Source: Candidatus Latescibacterota bacterium (lineage in GTDB: Bacteria; Latescibacterota; UBA2968). From it: DNA of 64,000 nucleotides. The position numbers and the translations under genes were made by a program. The stretch spans positions 3,360,001-3,424,000 of the forward strand of contig OZ240241.1 of assembly GCA_965198115.1 (NCBI GenBank). Reading direction: 5' to 3'. Every line of letters starts with the position of its first letter. The stretch's first letter is position 1. The notes beneath the pieces were generated by a model. That model was not told the origin of the DNA, searched no databases, and saw only the letters and a list, made by a program, of their open reading frames with translations. Positions 16,071-26,081 of the stretch are shown here, in pieces.

Positions 16071-18518
16071 TCACTCGTGCTGGATCGCCTCGATCGGATC
16101 CGTTGCCGCCGCTCTAAGCGACTCGTAGGCCACGGTGGCCAACGCGACGGCCGATGCCAGCAGCGCAGAGAAGAGAAACGGCTGCACGTCGAGGTCGATG
16201 CGATACGCAAAGTCAGCCAGCCAATCGCGCGAGATCCAAAAGCCAATCGGAGCGGCAACGGCCGCGGCGAGGATGACCAGGGCCATAAACTCTCTCGACA
16301 GCTTACCCAGGATCTCCTGACTCGACGCGCCCAAAACCTTGCGGATTCCGATTTCCTTCCGCCGTTGTTCCGAGGCGTAGGACGCAAAGCTCCACAGCCC
16401 TGCACACGAAATGGCAACCGCGACCAGCGTGAAGGTCAGGAACAGCTGCTGAGCCCGTGTTTCGCTCCGGTATACATTGTCGAGCTGGTCGTCCAGAAAG
16501 GAAAACTGGAAGGGCTTGCCCGGTAGCAGTCGGCCCCAAACCGCCTCGATGCCGGCGATGGTCTCCGGGAGATTTTCGCTCGCGACCTTCAGATAGAGAT
16601 ACCGAAACGAGGGCACCCAACGGTAGAAATAACCGGGTATGATCTTTTCATAGAGAGAGTGCGCGTGGAAATCGCGCAACACGCCGACGATCGTCGGTCG
16701 GTAGTCCCCGAATCTGAGAACCACCGTTTTCCCGATAGGATCCGATAGCCTGAGTCGCCGGGCCGCGGTCTCGGTCAGGAGAACCTCTACCGGAGCGGGA
16801 CCCGTCGTGCCTCCCGCACCACGCACGATCCTGCTCGCGTCGGTTGCCCCCGTCGGGGACAGATCGCGTCCGGCGACGAATTCCATCCCCATCAGCCCGA
16901 TGAAGTCCCGGTCGATCGAGCTTCGAGCCATCACGACATCCGATTCCGAATCCCCCTCCAACCCCACGGGCCCGTAGCCCACGTACTGGCCCATCCGGAG
17001 TTGAGCGGCCGATGCCCCGACGACCCCCGGCACATCCATAAACGCCTGCTTCACCGTCTCGTACTTCGGAATCAGATCGTAGTCTTGACGGAACAGATGC
17101 GTCACAACCACGTGTTCCCTGTCAAACCCCAGATTCTTCTCGCTCATATACTTCATCTGACTGTAGACCACCCACGTCACCGCGAGCAGGACAATCGTGA
17201 CTCCGAACTGGAATACCACCAGCCCCTTTCGAAGCAGACTGCGCCCGGAGCCCAATCCGTGGAAATTACGAAGCACGGATCCCGGATGGAATGCGGACAG
17301 CACAATCGCCGGATAACCCCCGGCCAGAAGACCGACCAGTGGCACGCACAGCGCGGTCAGACCTGCGATCAGGACGTTCTTCGGCGCAGCCAGCGTATAG
17401 GGTCGACCCACGACGTCCGCGAATGTCGGAAGCAGGAGCGTCACCAGCCCGAGCGCGAGCAGAAACGCGCAAGCAGCCACGACGAGACTCTCCGACAGAA
17501 ACTGAATCGCCAGCTGACGCCGGAAGGCCCCGAAGACTTTGCGCAACCCGACTTCACGAGCACGCCGTACCGCACGGGCGGTGTTGAGATTCGCGTAATT
17601 GACGCAGGCCAGAACCAGAATCGACAAGGCAACGGTCACGAACAGGCGCACGTGGGCAATGTTGCCCCCGGACGAGAATCCGTAGTCCTCGAACGAGTAG
17701 AGATGAATGCGCTCGATCGGTTGCAGGTGGTAGGACGCCACGTCGCGTATGTCGGGCGGGAGCCGCTCTGCCATCAGGGTCGCAATTTTCTCTTCTACAG
17801 CCCGTGGGTCCGTCCCTTGGCGCAGCAGGACGAAGGTGTCCGTGCGACCATCCCGCGTCCTCAACGGTCGCCCCTCGAGAAACCCCGAGCTCCACCCTGT
17901 TGCTCGCATCGTCGTCACAAAATCGAATTCGATGTGGGACGTCCCGGGCAAGTCTTTCATCACCCCCGTCACGCGATACTCGCCCCCGACCTTCCGATCG
18001 TCGATCGTAATCAGCTGGCCCATCGGATCGGAATTCGGAAAGAACTTCGCCGCCATCGACTCCGTCAGCAGCACGCCTCCCGACTCGGTCAGACAGGTCT
18101 TGGGGTCGCCCGCTACGAGTGGCAGGCTGAACACGTCGAGCAGTGTCGTGTCCGTCACGCAGAACGACTGCTTGAACGTCCGACCCCCGGCCTTCAACCA
18201 GGGTCCTCCGTCTTCGCGGAAGTAGGTGCGAACGACGTGTTCGACCTCAGGGAACGCAGCCTGCCACTGTGGACCGACCGAGCCACCGATCGCGGGAATA
18301 TGGGTCGTCGGCGATCCCTTGGTGGTGAATCCTCGAACCGCCCGGTAGATGCGCTGGCTCCTGGCGTGCGACGTGTCGTGACCGACCTCGCCCTGCACGT
18401 AGAGACCGACGAGCAGGCAGCTCGCGAGTCCTACCCCGAGGCCGATCGTGTTGAGGGCGGAATGGATCGGATTTCGCCGGAGATTACGAATCGCGATCTT
18501 GAGATAGTTGGAGAGCAT
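16071..18518 (-). CDS. Duplicated MacB/FtsX-type ABC transporter permease
   Basis: MLSNYLKIAIRNL start, LACVNYANL..A...R.REVGLRKV and EQRRKEIGIRKVLGAS motifs; two permease halves. Confidence 0.9.
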   Translation of the reverse strand: MLSNYLKIAIRNLRRNPIHSALNTIGLGVGLASCLLVGLYVQGEVGHDTSHARSQRIYRAVRGFTTKGSPTTHIPAIGGSVGPQWQAAFPEVEHVVRTYFREDGGPWLKAGGRTFKQSFCVTDTTLLDVFSLPLVAGDPKTCLTESGGVLLTESMAAKFFPNSDPMGQLITIDDRKVGGEYRVTGVMKDLPGTSHIEFDFVTTMRATGWSSGFLEGRPLRTRDGRTDTFVLLRQGTDPRAVEEKIATLMAERLPPDIRDVASYHLQPIERIHLYSFEDYGFSSGGNIAHVRLFVTVALSILVLACVNYANLNTARAVRRAREVGLRKVFGAFRRQLAIQFLSESLVVAACAFLLALGLVTLLLPTFADVVGRPYTLAAPKNVLIAGLTALCVPLVGLLAGGYPAIVLSAFHPGSVLRNFHGLGSGRSLLRKGLVVFQFGVTIVLLAVTWVVYSQMKYMSEKNLGFDREHVVVTHLFRQDYDLIPKYETVKQAFMDVPGVVGASAAQLRMGQYVGYGPVGLEGDSESDVVMARSSIDRDFIGLMGMEFVAGRDLSPTGATDASRIVRGAGGTTGPAPVEVLLTETAARRLRLSDPIGKTVVLRFGDYRPTIVGVLRDFHAHSLYEKIIPGYFYRWVPSFRYLYLKVASENLPETIAGIEAVWGRLLPGKPFQFSFLDDQLDNVYRSETRAQQLFLTFTLVAVAISCAGLWSFASYASEQRRKEIGIRKVLGASSQEILGKLSREFMALVILAAAVAAPIGFWISRDWLADFAYRIDLDVQPFLFSALLASAVALATVAYESLRAAATDPIEAIQHE

Positions 18519-18627
18519 AGGAACCCATCCGAGTGGAAGACGAAGACACTGCCTGCACAATATACGACCTGCCCGATCCCTCGGGGTTTCGCCCTGGCCG
18601 CTTCATTACCTTCGATCCACTGCTTTC

Positions 18628-20001
18628 GAGCTATAATCAAAAGGTGTGGAAAAAGAGAAAGGGCGACCCTACCCTTCCCGTGAGATAGTTGATTCACACA
18701 AAACCGGGTGAGAGGCCCGGTTGGGAAGGAGGATCGCCGTGAAGGAACATACGCATAGAGCCCCATTGAAGTCCATGCCGACGTGGGAGACGGTTGACGA
18801 TTGGATCCGTGAAGAGATCCAGGGCCGGTTCCAGTCCATTCTGGAGGAGGAGGCGACCGCGTTCTTGGGCCGGTCGTGGTATGAGCGCCGAGCCGAGGTC
18901 GATAGCTCCAGGGGCTACAGGAACGGCTACGGCAAGCCCCGGCGTCTCTCGACGAGCTGCGGAACGATCAAGGTCCGGCGTCCCCGGGTTCGTGGTCTGG
19001 AAGAGCGGTTTGAAAGCCGCATCCTCCCCCTGTTCGCCCGGAGAACCAGGGCCATTGGAGATCTGCTTCCCGACCTTTATCTCCACGGTCTCTCCCAGGG
19101 CGACTTCGAGTTGTCTTTGCGTGCGCTGCTCGGTGATGGCGCGCCGCTTTCGCCGACCTCGATCGCTCGTCTTCGAGGGAAGTGGGAGGTCGACTTCCAG
19201 GACTGGAAAGAAAGGCGTCTGGATAATCGCGAACTGGTCTACGCCTGGGCTGATGGCATCTACGTCAAAGCCGGGCTCGAGCGCGAGAAGGCGTGTCTGC
19301 TGGTCGTGATCGGCGCGATGAGCGACGGCAGCAAGGAGATCCTGGCGATAGAACCCGGTTATCGAGAGTCTACAGAATCCTGGCTCACGGTGCTCCGGGA
19401 TCTCCGGGATCGCGGGCTCGAACATCCTGTCCTGATCGCCGCGGACGGGAATATGGGCATCTGGGCGGCCGTTGATCAGGTCTGGCCAGAGAGCCGGCAA
19501 CAACGGTGCTGGAACCACAAGATCCTCAACGTGCTCGACAAGGTCGCCAAGCGTGCACAGGCTGAAGCCCGCGCACTGCTCGTCCAGATCCCCTATGCCG
19601 GCACGAAAAAGGAGGCCGAGAAGCTCCGGAAACGCTTTGCCGCACGGTATCGCTCACAGTTCCCTGCCGCCGTGGAGACGCTCGAAAGAGACTGGGATCG
19701 GATGGTCACGTTCTACGACTTCCCGAAGGAACACTGGAAACACCTGAGAACCACGAACGTCGTCGAGAGCCCCTTTGCTTCCGTTCGGCTTCGCACAAAC
19801 GCCGCCAGGCGATTCAAGAAAGTCAGGAACGCCACGGCTCTCATCTGGCGTACGCTCAAGGTCGCAGAGAGCCGATTCAGGAAACTCACCGCGCCACACT
19901 TGCTACAACAAGTCTACGATCAGAAACACTCAACCGGACCGCAGGTCGAAGCCGGGAAGATGGCCGCCTGATTTCTTTTACACACCTATTGACCTGAGCT
20001 C
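18628..20001 (+). mobile_element. IS256-family IS, copy 1 (1374 bp)
   Basis: Ends GAGCTATAATCAAAAGGTGTG and CACACCTATTGACCTGAGCTC; flanks ACTGCTTTC and GCTGCTTTC (9-bp duplication with one mismatch). Confidence 0.9.
18739..19971 (+). CDS. IS256-family transposase
   Basis: YRNGY, WADGIY, IAADG, QRCWNHK and LRTTNVVES motifs; GTG start after AGGAGG. Confidence 0.93.
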   Translation: MKEHTHRAPLKSMPTWETVDDWIREEIQGRFQSILEEEATAFLGRSWYERRAEVDSSRGYRNGYGKPRRLSTSCGTIKVRRPRVRGLEERFESRILPLFARRTRAIGDLLPDLYLHGLSQGDFELSLRALLGDGAPLSPTSIARLRGKWEVDFQDWKERRLDNRELVYAWADGIYVKAGLEREKACLLVVIGAMSDGSKEILAIEPGYRESTESWLTVLRDLRDRGLEHPVLIAADGNMGIWAAVDQVWPESRQQRCWNHKILNVLDKVAKRAQAEARALLVQIPYAGTKKEAEKLRKRFAARYRSQFPAAVETLERDWDRMVTFYDFPKEHWKHLRTTNVVESPFASVRLRTNAARRFKKVRNATALIWRTLKVAESRFRKLTAPHLLQQVYDQKHSTGPQVEAGKMAA

Positions 20002-20078
20002 GCTGCTTTCTATTCGTCCCGTTTCGTGGTTAAATACCCCATCTCTCGTTCACTTCACTCGCCAGCGAGGCATCAATC

Positions 20079-20897
20079 GTGAAATTCGCCATCTGTAACG
20101 AGATTATCAAAGATCGTTCGGTGGCCGAAACCTTTGAAGCGATCGCGGCGATCGGCTACGATGGGGTCGAAATCGCTCCCTGGACGCTGGGCGCCCCGAT
20201 CGACGAGCTCGACGACGCCACGCTCGAGTCGGGACGTGATGCTGCTGAAGCCGCTGGACTCCAGATCGCCGGCATCCATTGGATCTTCGGCACGGACTCC
20301 CCGTATCACATCCTGCAACCGGAGGCCCGTGACGGCACGCTCGATGTCCTCGTGCGTGCCGTCGAGATCTGCGGCGGGCTCGGCAGAGATGTGATCACCT
20401 TCGGATCGCCGTGGCAGCGAAACCGACCCGACGGAATGTCCGAATCGGAGGCAATGGATCGAGCCGTCAACCTGCTCGGCCACGACCGAATGCTCACGGC
20501 CCTGTCGGACGCGAACACCGTCTTTTGTTTCGAGCCCCTGTCCGAAAACCAGACGAACTTCATCAATCGCGCATCGGTCGCGCTCGACCTCGTCGACAGG
20601 ATCGATCATCCCAACTTCGGCACGATGCTCGACGGCTACAGTCTCACGTGGGAAGAAGACGACGTCGATACGCTCATCCGCGCCTGCGGCAGCCGACTGC
20701 GCCACTTCCACGCCGATGACGAAACCAAACAGGGGCCGGGCCAGGGAGAAGTCGACTTTCAACAGATCGCGCGGAGCCTCGACGCAATCTCATATGACGG
20801 TTGGATAAGCATCGAGGCTCACGACCATAGCGTGGACCTGGAAGCCCTGGCTGGTGGGTGGCTGGCCTACTTGCGGAGGTGTTGGATCCTAGATTGA
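20079..20897 (+). CDS. Sugar phosphate isomerase/epimerase (xylose isomerase-like TIM barrel)
   Basis: GYDGVEIAP, FEPL, LD..., HFHA.D, PGQGEVDF and YDGWISIE motifs. Confidence 0.85.
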   Translation: MKFAICNEIIKDRSVAETFEAIAAIGYDGVEIAPWTLGAPIDELDDATLESGRDAAEAAGLQIAGIHWIFGTDSPYHILQPEARDGTLDVLVRAVEICGGLGRDVITFGSPWQRNRPDGMSESEAMDRAVNLLGHDRMLTALSDANTVFCFEPLSENQTNFINRASVALDLVDRIDHPNFGTMLDGYSLTWEEDDVDTLIRACGSRLRHFHADDETKQGPGQGEVDFQQIARSLDAISYDGWISIEAHDHSVDLEALAGGWLAYLRRCWILD

Positions 20898-20965
20898 CCA
20901 TTGACAGGTGACCAGTGACAATTGACAAAAGAGACTTTGGTCACGGGTCACTTGTCACCGGTCAA
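20894..20965. repeat. Two inverted arrays of degenerate 7-bp repeats
   Basis: Five (T/G)TGAC(A/C)N units, a short spacer, then four reverse-complement units. Confidence 0.75.
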
Positions 20966-20981
20966 TCAATGTCCCGGTGCT

Positions 20982-21490
20982 ATGCACGAGATCTCACTCA
21001 CCGAAGCCATCGAAACAGTCCCGGTCGTAACGAGCGATTGACGTTGGTCCTGCAATCGCGAGGACAAGGGACCCGGGGTCTACTTCGCGACGTTCCCCGA
21101 GTGCAGAGAGGATCCTCTGCGCAAGGATTTCGGCCAGGTGACGGACCTGCCCTCAGCCTCGGCCAGAGGAGGCGGGCTCTTTCCGGTCCTTCTCCTTCTC
21201 GACGACGGCCGCCTGTGCTGCTCGACCAGAACCGGGTCTGCACATAGCACGGATGCCAGCTCCGAGATCAGCCTGTCATTCTCGGACGACCGTGGCAGGA
21301 CGTGGTCCGACTATCGTGTGGTCGTGAAGAGCCGACCCGAAGACAACCTCGACTGCCGAAATCAAAGCCTTGGCCAGGCGAGCGACGGCCACCTCGTTCT
21401 CACGTATGGCACGATCGGAGGCGCGGACGAGACCGACAGTGCCGGATCGCATCGTGAGATGGAGTCGATCCGGTCGGCCGACGGAGGTCT
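20982..21490 (+). pseudogene. Truncated BNR/sialidase-like gene remnant
   Basis: Asp-box motifs SDDRGRTWS and SADGGLT; in-frame TGA at 21039-21041; the coding signal ends after the second Asp-box. Confidence 0.6.
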
Positions 21491-21585
21491 CACGCGGATT
21501 GACCCTCACCGCCCGTTACTTCATATTCCGCATCAGCATTCGAACCCCATTCAAGTTCCTCGCAAACAACGAGGCCTGACTGCAG

Positions 21586-22777
21586 ATGGCAGAAGCCACC
21601 ATCCTCATCGTTGACGACCAACCAGCAAACCTCGAATTGCTCGAGCAGGAGCTGGAGGAGGACTACGACGTCATTCTGGCAGAAAACGGTCCCACGGCGA
21701 TCGAGGTCACTGAGTCGGAGTTGCCCGATCTGATTATGATGGACGTGATGATGCCGGAGATGGACGGCTTCGAAGCCTGCCGGCTGATCAAAGCCAACGA
21801 AAAAACCGCGGGCATCCCCGTCATCTTCATCACCGCGCTCGATTCAACGGAAGATACTCTGTCCGGGTTCGACGCAGGTGGCGTGGATTTCATCACCAAA
21901 CCGTTCCAGGGGGCTGGAGGTGCTGGCGCGCGTTCGAACGCACCTTCGGATCGACGAACTAGAACGACGCGTCGAACTGCGCACGCGCGAGCTCGAGGAA
22001 ACACACGCAAAGCTGGAAGCCGCTCAGGCCGACCTGATTCGAGAGCTCGAGAGCGAACTCGAGAAGGCGAGTCGGCTTCAAATGGGCCTGATGCCGACCG
22101 AAGCCCCGAAAGCCGCGCCGCTCGAAATATGTGGGTTGTGTATTCCCGCGAATCACGTTGGAGGAGATTTCTACCAGTATTACAGCTCCGAAGGGCATTT
22201 AAGCGTCTGCCTGGCGGACGTGAGTGGGAAGGCGATGGACGCTGCGATTCCGGTCGTGATGTTCAGCGGAATTCTGAACAGCCAGATGGAGGACGACCGA
22301 CCTATCAACGAGCGGTTCGAGCGGCTTAACCGTTCCCTGCACCGGTCGCTCGACACCCGGACCTTCATCTGTTTCGAAATGGCGAAGTTCGACGCCGTCG
22401 GACGAACCGTTCACTACGCCAACGCAGGATGCCCCTACCCCTACTGGTATCGCGCTGACGAGGATTCGATTCACGAAATCGTCTCGGATAGCTATCCGCT
22501 CGGTGTTCGCGCGGACCAGACGTATGAAACGATCGAACTCGATCTGAGCACAGGAGATACGGTCGTCTTCTGTTCCGACGGCATCGTCGAGGAGACCAAC
22601 GCTCAGGGCGAGCAATTCGGATACGACCGGACTGAGCAGATCGTACTCGATGCTTGCCGAGAGGGCCTGTCTGCAGACCGGGTGGCCGACCGGATCCTGT
22701 CCACGGTCGAATCTTTCAGAAACGGCCAGAATCAGATGGACGATATGACGTGCATTGTCTTGCGCCTTGCCGGTTGA
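21586..22777 (+). CDS. Response regulator receiver fused to a PP2C/SpoIIE (RsbU-like) phosphatase; +1 frameshift in the G run at 21909-21913
   Basis: Receiver motifs ILIVDD, DLIMMDVMMP and KPF; then VGGDFY, ADVSGK, SDGIVE and DDMT in the next frame. Confidence 0.85.
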
Positions 22778-22869
22778 ACCCGCAACAGTCTCCCCCTCCA
22801 CCGAGGACCATCAGCCTGCAGCAAAGATCTCACGCAATCCCTCAAAGGCCGCGCCGCGCATCGATCCAT

Positions 22870-23226
22870 CTTGTCGCCTCCCGTGCGCTCGCATTGTCGA
22901 TCACGCTCCTTGCCTGTGAATCTGAATCCCGGGCAGCGACCGTCATCCTGGCTGACATCCCCGCCGACTGCCACACCATCGCCATTCGCTTCAGCCGTCG
23001 CGCTCCCTACCACGGCAACCTCGCACTGTGGAAACCGGTGGTGGACGGACGCATCGAGGTCCACCTCGGACCCGAGTTCGCGCCTCACCGTTATGGTGTC
23101 GACGCCGTGCACATCGAGTGTCGTGACGTAGAAGGCGCCATCGTCCGAATGATGGACAACACGGAGACCATCACCATCAGCGGCGGGGAGCACGTGATAG
23201 ATCGGGATCAATTCAAGGAACGCTGA
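22870..23226 (+). CDS. Small hypothetical protein, possibly a lipoprotein; start uncertain
   Basis: Open frame (ORF 22654..23226) with a hydrophobic stretch ending in LLAC; no clear start codon. Confidence 0.35.
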   Translation, partial: LVASRALALSITLLACESESRAATVILADIPADCHTIAIRFSRRAPYHGNLALWKPVVDGRIEVHLGPEFAPHRYGVDAVHIECRDVEGAIVRMMDNTETITISGGEHVIDRDQFKER

Positions 23227-23293
23227 TCGGGATCCGGGAAATGGCGACCGAGTTCAGAGCCTCAACATCTCCATCATCTTTAAGGAGCCGATA

Positions 23294-24817
23294 GTGCCAA
23301 CCATCGCGGTCGGTTCGTTCCTCATCGAGTGCAATCAATTCGGCGGGGCGCTCGCCGACCTGGAGACATTCAGGCGATACGACTACCTCTCTGGGGACGA
23401 GATGCTCTCGATCGCGGACGGCGCCGTGGGCGGAATGTTGTCTCTTCTGGACGAGCACGATCACGCTGTGGCGCCGCTGATCGTCGCGTCGGCGTGCCCG
23501 AGTTCGGTCGTCACCGATGCCGCCTACGATCACCTCAAGAACGAACTGCTCGATCGACTTCGTGTTGCGCTCGACGTCGACGGCGTACTCCTGGCACTGC
23601 ACGGCGCGGCCGCATCCGAATCGATCGGCGACCTGGAGGGCGATCTGCTGGAGGCGGTGCGAAATGTCGTCGGACGGGATATCCCGATCGTTGCGACGCT
23701 CGATCTCCACGCGCACGTCTCGCAGCAGATGATCGATCACTGCGACGCCCTCTTCGCGTGGGAGACCTACCCCCACCGCGACGCATTCACGACCGGCCAG
23801 CGAGGTGCAAGGGCCATCGTCGACATTCTGGCGGGTGCGCTGAAACCCACGATGGTATCCGCCAATGTCCCGGTGCTCGTCAGCGCCACGCTCGGGCACA
23901 CCGAGGGTCCCGGGCCCTTCGCCGATGTGATGCGCAAGGCCAAGCAACTCGAACGCGAAGACGATCGCATCTACAGCGTCAGCGCCTTCCTCGTTTATCC
24001 CTACCTGAACGTTCCCGATATGGGTGGCGGAGCCGTCGTCATCACGCACGATGACGAGCCACTCGCCGAAGACGTCGCAACCGACCTGGCCAGTGACTAC
24101 GGCGACCGCCGGCTCGATCTGGAGCCCGACCTCTTCACACCGGCTGACGCGATCGCGCAGGCGTCATCGCTGGGCCAGGGGCCCGTCATCCTCGCCGAGA
24201 CAGCCGACTGCTGCGGTGGTGGCGCCGCGGGCGACGGAGCACACGTCTTGAGAGCCCTCCTCGATCGCGCACCCGACCTACGCGCCTACGTACCCATCGT
24301 CGATCCGGAAGCGACTCGAGCCTGTCACGAATCGAGGGTCGGCGAGTCCATCACACTCTCGCTGGGACATCGTCTGGACCCGAAATGGGGGGACCCGGTC
24401 GAAGTCACGGGCAGAATCGAGCGACTGACGGACGGCGTCTTCACTTATCGAGGCGGTATCTGGGACGGGCGTGTTGCCGAGATGGGTCCGTCGGTGTTGC
24501 TCGGTGTCGACGGCATTCTCATCGGCGTCAGCTCGCACCCCACCTATGAATGGGCGGGCGAACAGCTCGAGCACTTCGGTGTGAGTTATCGTGACCTGCG
24601 TTTTGTCGTCGCGAAGAATCCGATGAACTATCATATGGCCTTCGCCGACAACATTGCTTCCTTCGTCCTGGATACGCCGGGACCGACACCCCCGACTTGC
24701 CGTCATCTGGACTACACGAAAATGGCGAGACCCTACCACCCCGCTGACGAGGACATCGATAGGATTGTGGTCTTCAAGAGAGGTAAAAGGGTGATCCGGA
24801 ATCGGGGAGCCGCGTAA
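23294..24817 (+). CDS. M81-family metallopeptidase (MlrC-like)
   Basis: E.N.F, LALHGA, EGDLL, TLDLHAH, YPH.D and D..GGGA.GD motifs. Confidence 0.88.
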   Translation: MPTIAVGSFLIECNQFGGALADLETFRRYDYLSGDEMLSIADGAVGGMLSLLDEHDHAVAPLIVASACPSSVVTDAAYDHLKNELLDRLRVALDVDGVLLALHGAAASESIGDLEGDLLEAVRNVVGRDIPIVATLDLHAHVSQQMIDHCDALFAWETYPHRDAFTTGQRGARAIVDILAGALKPTMVSANVPVLVSATLGHTEGPGPFADVMRKAKQLEREDDRIYSVSAFLVYPYLNVPDMGGGAVVITHDDEPLAEDVATDLASDYGDRRLDLEPDLFTPADAIAQASSLGQGPVILAETADCCGGGAAGDGAHVLRALLDRAPDLRAYVPIVDPEATRACHESRVGESITLSLGHRLDPKWGDPVEVTGRIERLTDGVFTYRGGIWDGRVAEMGPSVLLGVDGILIGVSSHPTYEWAGEQLEHFGVSYRDLRFVVAKNPMNYHMAFADNIASFVLDTPGPTPPTCRHLDYTKMARPYHPADEDIDRIVVFKRGKRVIRNRGAA

Positions 24818-24849
24818 CCGGTCAACTCTGGTCGCGCTGAAAGGACGGG

Positions 24850-25956
24850 ATGTCTAGCACCGACGAAACAAATTTCCAATTCACGAAGCAGGGTCCGTTG
24901 ATCTCTCCCCACCCCTCGATGCCAGAGCCCGGACCCTACTACACCTGTCTGGTTCCGATGTCGGACGTAGAAGGGTTTCCGTTCGACTATGCCCTCTACT
25001 TTTCAACCGATCACGACAAGGAAGAGGGCGGTATCTGGTTGTATCTCTGCGACGGTTGCCCTACCAGCCCCGGATGGGTCTCCTACGAGGCAGCGGTTGC
25101 GGGTGGGCGATTCGATCACATCGAGGAGAAACCCTCGGGCAACCCGATCTTCCGCGACGACGTTCAGGGCGACGGCCACACCGAAACGCCGCACGCCAAC
25201 GTCATCAACGGTGTCGTCCATCTCACCTACCACAAAACCTGTGGTCACAGTCAGTCGACCCTCCTCGCCAAGTCGCGCGACGGCGTCAACTTTTCTCGCC
25301 TGAACGGAAATGAAGACTCCATCATCCTCGACTACGAACCGAGTGAACGTCACGGCGACGGTCACACGGGCTACTTCCGCTGGAGCCGCAATCCGTTCGC
25401 CGGTATCCCTCATCGTTACGTCGGCTATTCTCTCCACGGTGGCGGGGACGACTTTCACTCCGCCATCTGGGTATCCGACGACGCCGTCCGATGGGATCGC
25501 CTGGACATACTGGATCCCATCCTGGGTTTCGCCGTTCCATCAGACGATACGGAGCTTATCTGGCACGAATTCGATCCGGCGTCGATCACGAAACTCGGCG
25601 ACGAGGAATATGTCGCCATCTGCGGCGTCGGCACCCGCGCATCCGGCGGTGTCGGCCGTCTAACCGAGCTCTATGAAATCTTCCTCGGACCCGATGGACG
25701 GACGCTCAAGCGGGAGTGTCGGAAGTCTCTGAGTGTGCAAACCGATGCCGACGATTCCGAAGAACTCGCTTCACCCACGTCCGTCGTCATCGGCGACACG
25801 CACCATCTCATCTACGTCGGTGCCACTGCGGAGGGGACCGTCAACACCGTGATGGGGGCTCGCGGGGCATTCGACAATGATGCAAAAAGGCCGGCAGCGC
25901 TCAGCACGTCGGAACAACGGCGGCATATACAAGAGCCTGTGGACGGTAACCGGTAG
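24850..25956 (+). CDS. Hypothetical protein, probable beta-propeller glycoside hydrolase-like fold
   Basis: YALYFSTDH, TETP, S.DGVNF and SDDAVRW propeller-like repeats. Confidence 0.55.
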   Translation: MSSTDETNFQFTKQGPLISPHPSMPEPGPYYTCLVPMSDVEGFPFDYALYFSTDHDKEEGGIWLYLCDGCPTSPGWVSYEAAVAGGRFDHIEEKPSGNPIFRDDVQGDGHTETPHANVINGVVHLTYHKTCGHSQSTLLAKSRDGVNFSRLNGNEDSIILDYEPSERHGDGHTGYFRWSRNPFAGIPHRYVGYSLHGGGDDFHSAIWVSDDAVRWDRLDILDPILGFAVPSDDTELIWHEFDPASITKLGDEEYVAICGVGTRASGGVGRLTELYEIFLGPDGRTLKRECRKSLSVQTDADDSEELASPTSVVIGDTHHLIYVGATAEGTVNTVMGARGAFDNDAKRPAALSTSEQRRHIQEPVDGNR

Positions 25957-26081
25957 GTTCTCCTTCACCTACAGCGCCTTAACGGACACGCCGTCGTCAA
26001 CCGTCATTTATACTCCGTCTTCTGCCTTTCTCCGAGTGCTCCGTGTTCTCTGTGGTTCGTTCTGTATTACACGAGGTGCCA

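Noticed and set aside
17001-18683. Long antisense ORFs, including 17001..18683, 46656..47981 and 61850..63070
   Set aside because: They are shadow frames opposite well-supported genes, as expected in GC-rich DNA.
4152-21041. TGA recoding (alternative genetic code or selenocysteine) suggested by two in-frame TGA codons
   Set aside because: TGA is the normal stop of many intact genes here, and both cases lie in an IS or an already truncated remnant.
21909-21913. Programmed frameshift or phase variation in the receiver-phosphatase gene
   Set aside because: A five-G run is short for phase variation; a sequencing indel or simple mutation is more likely.
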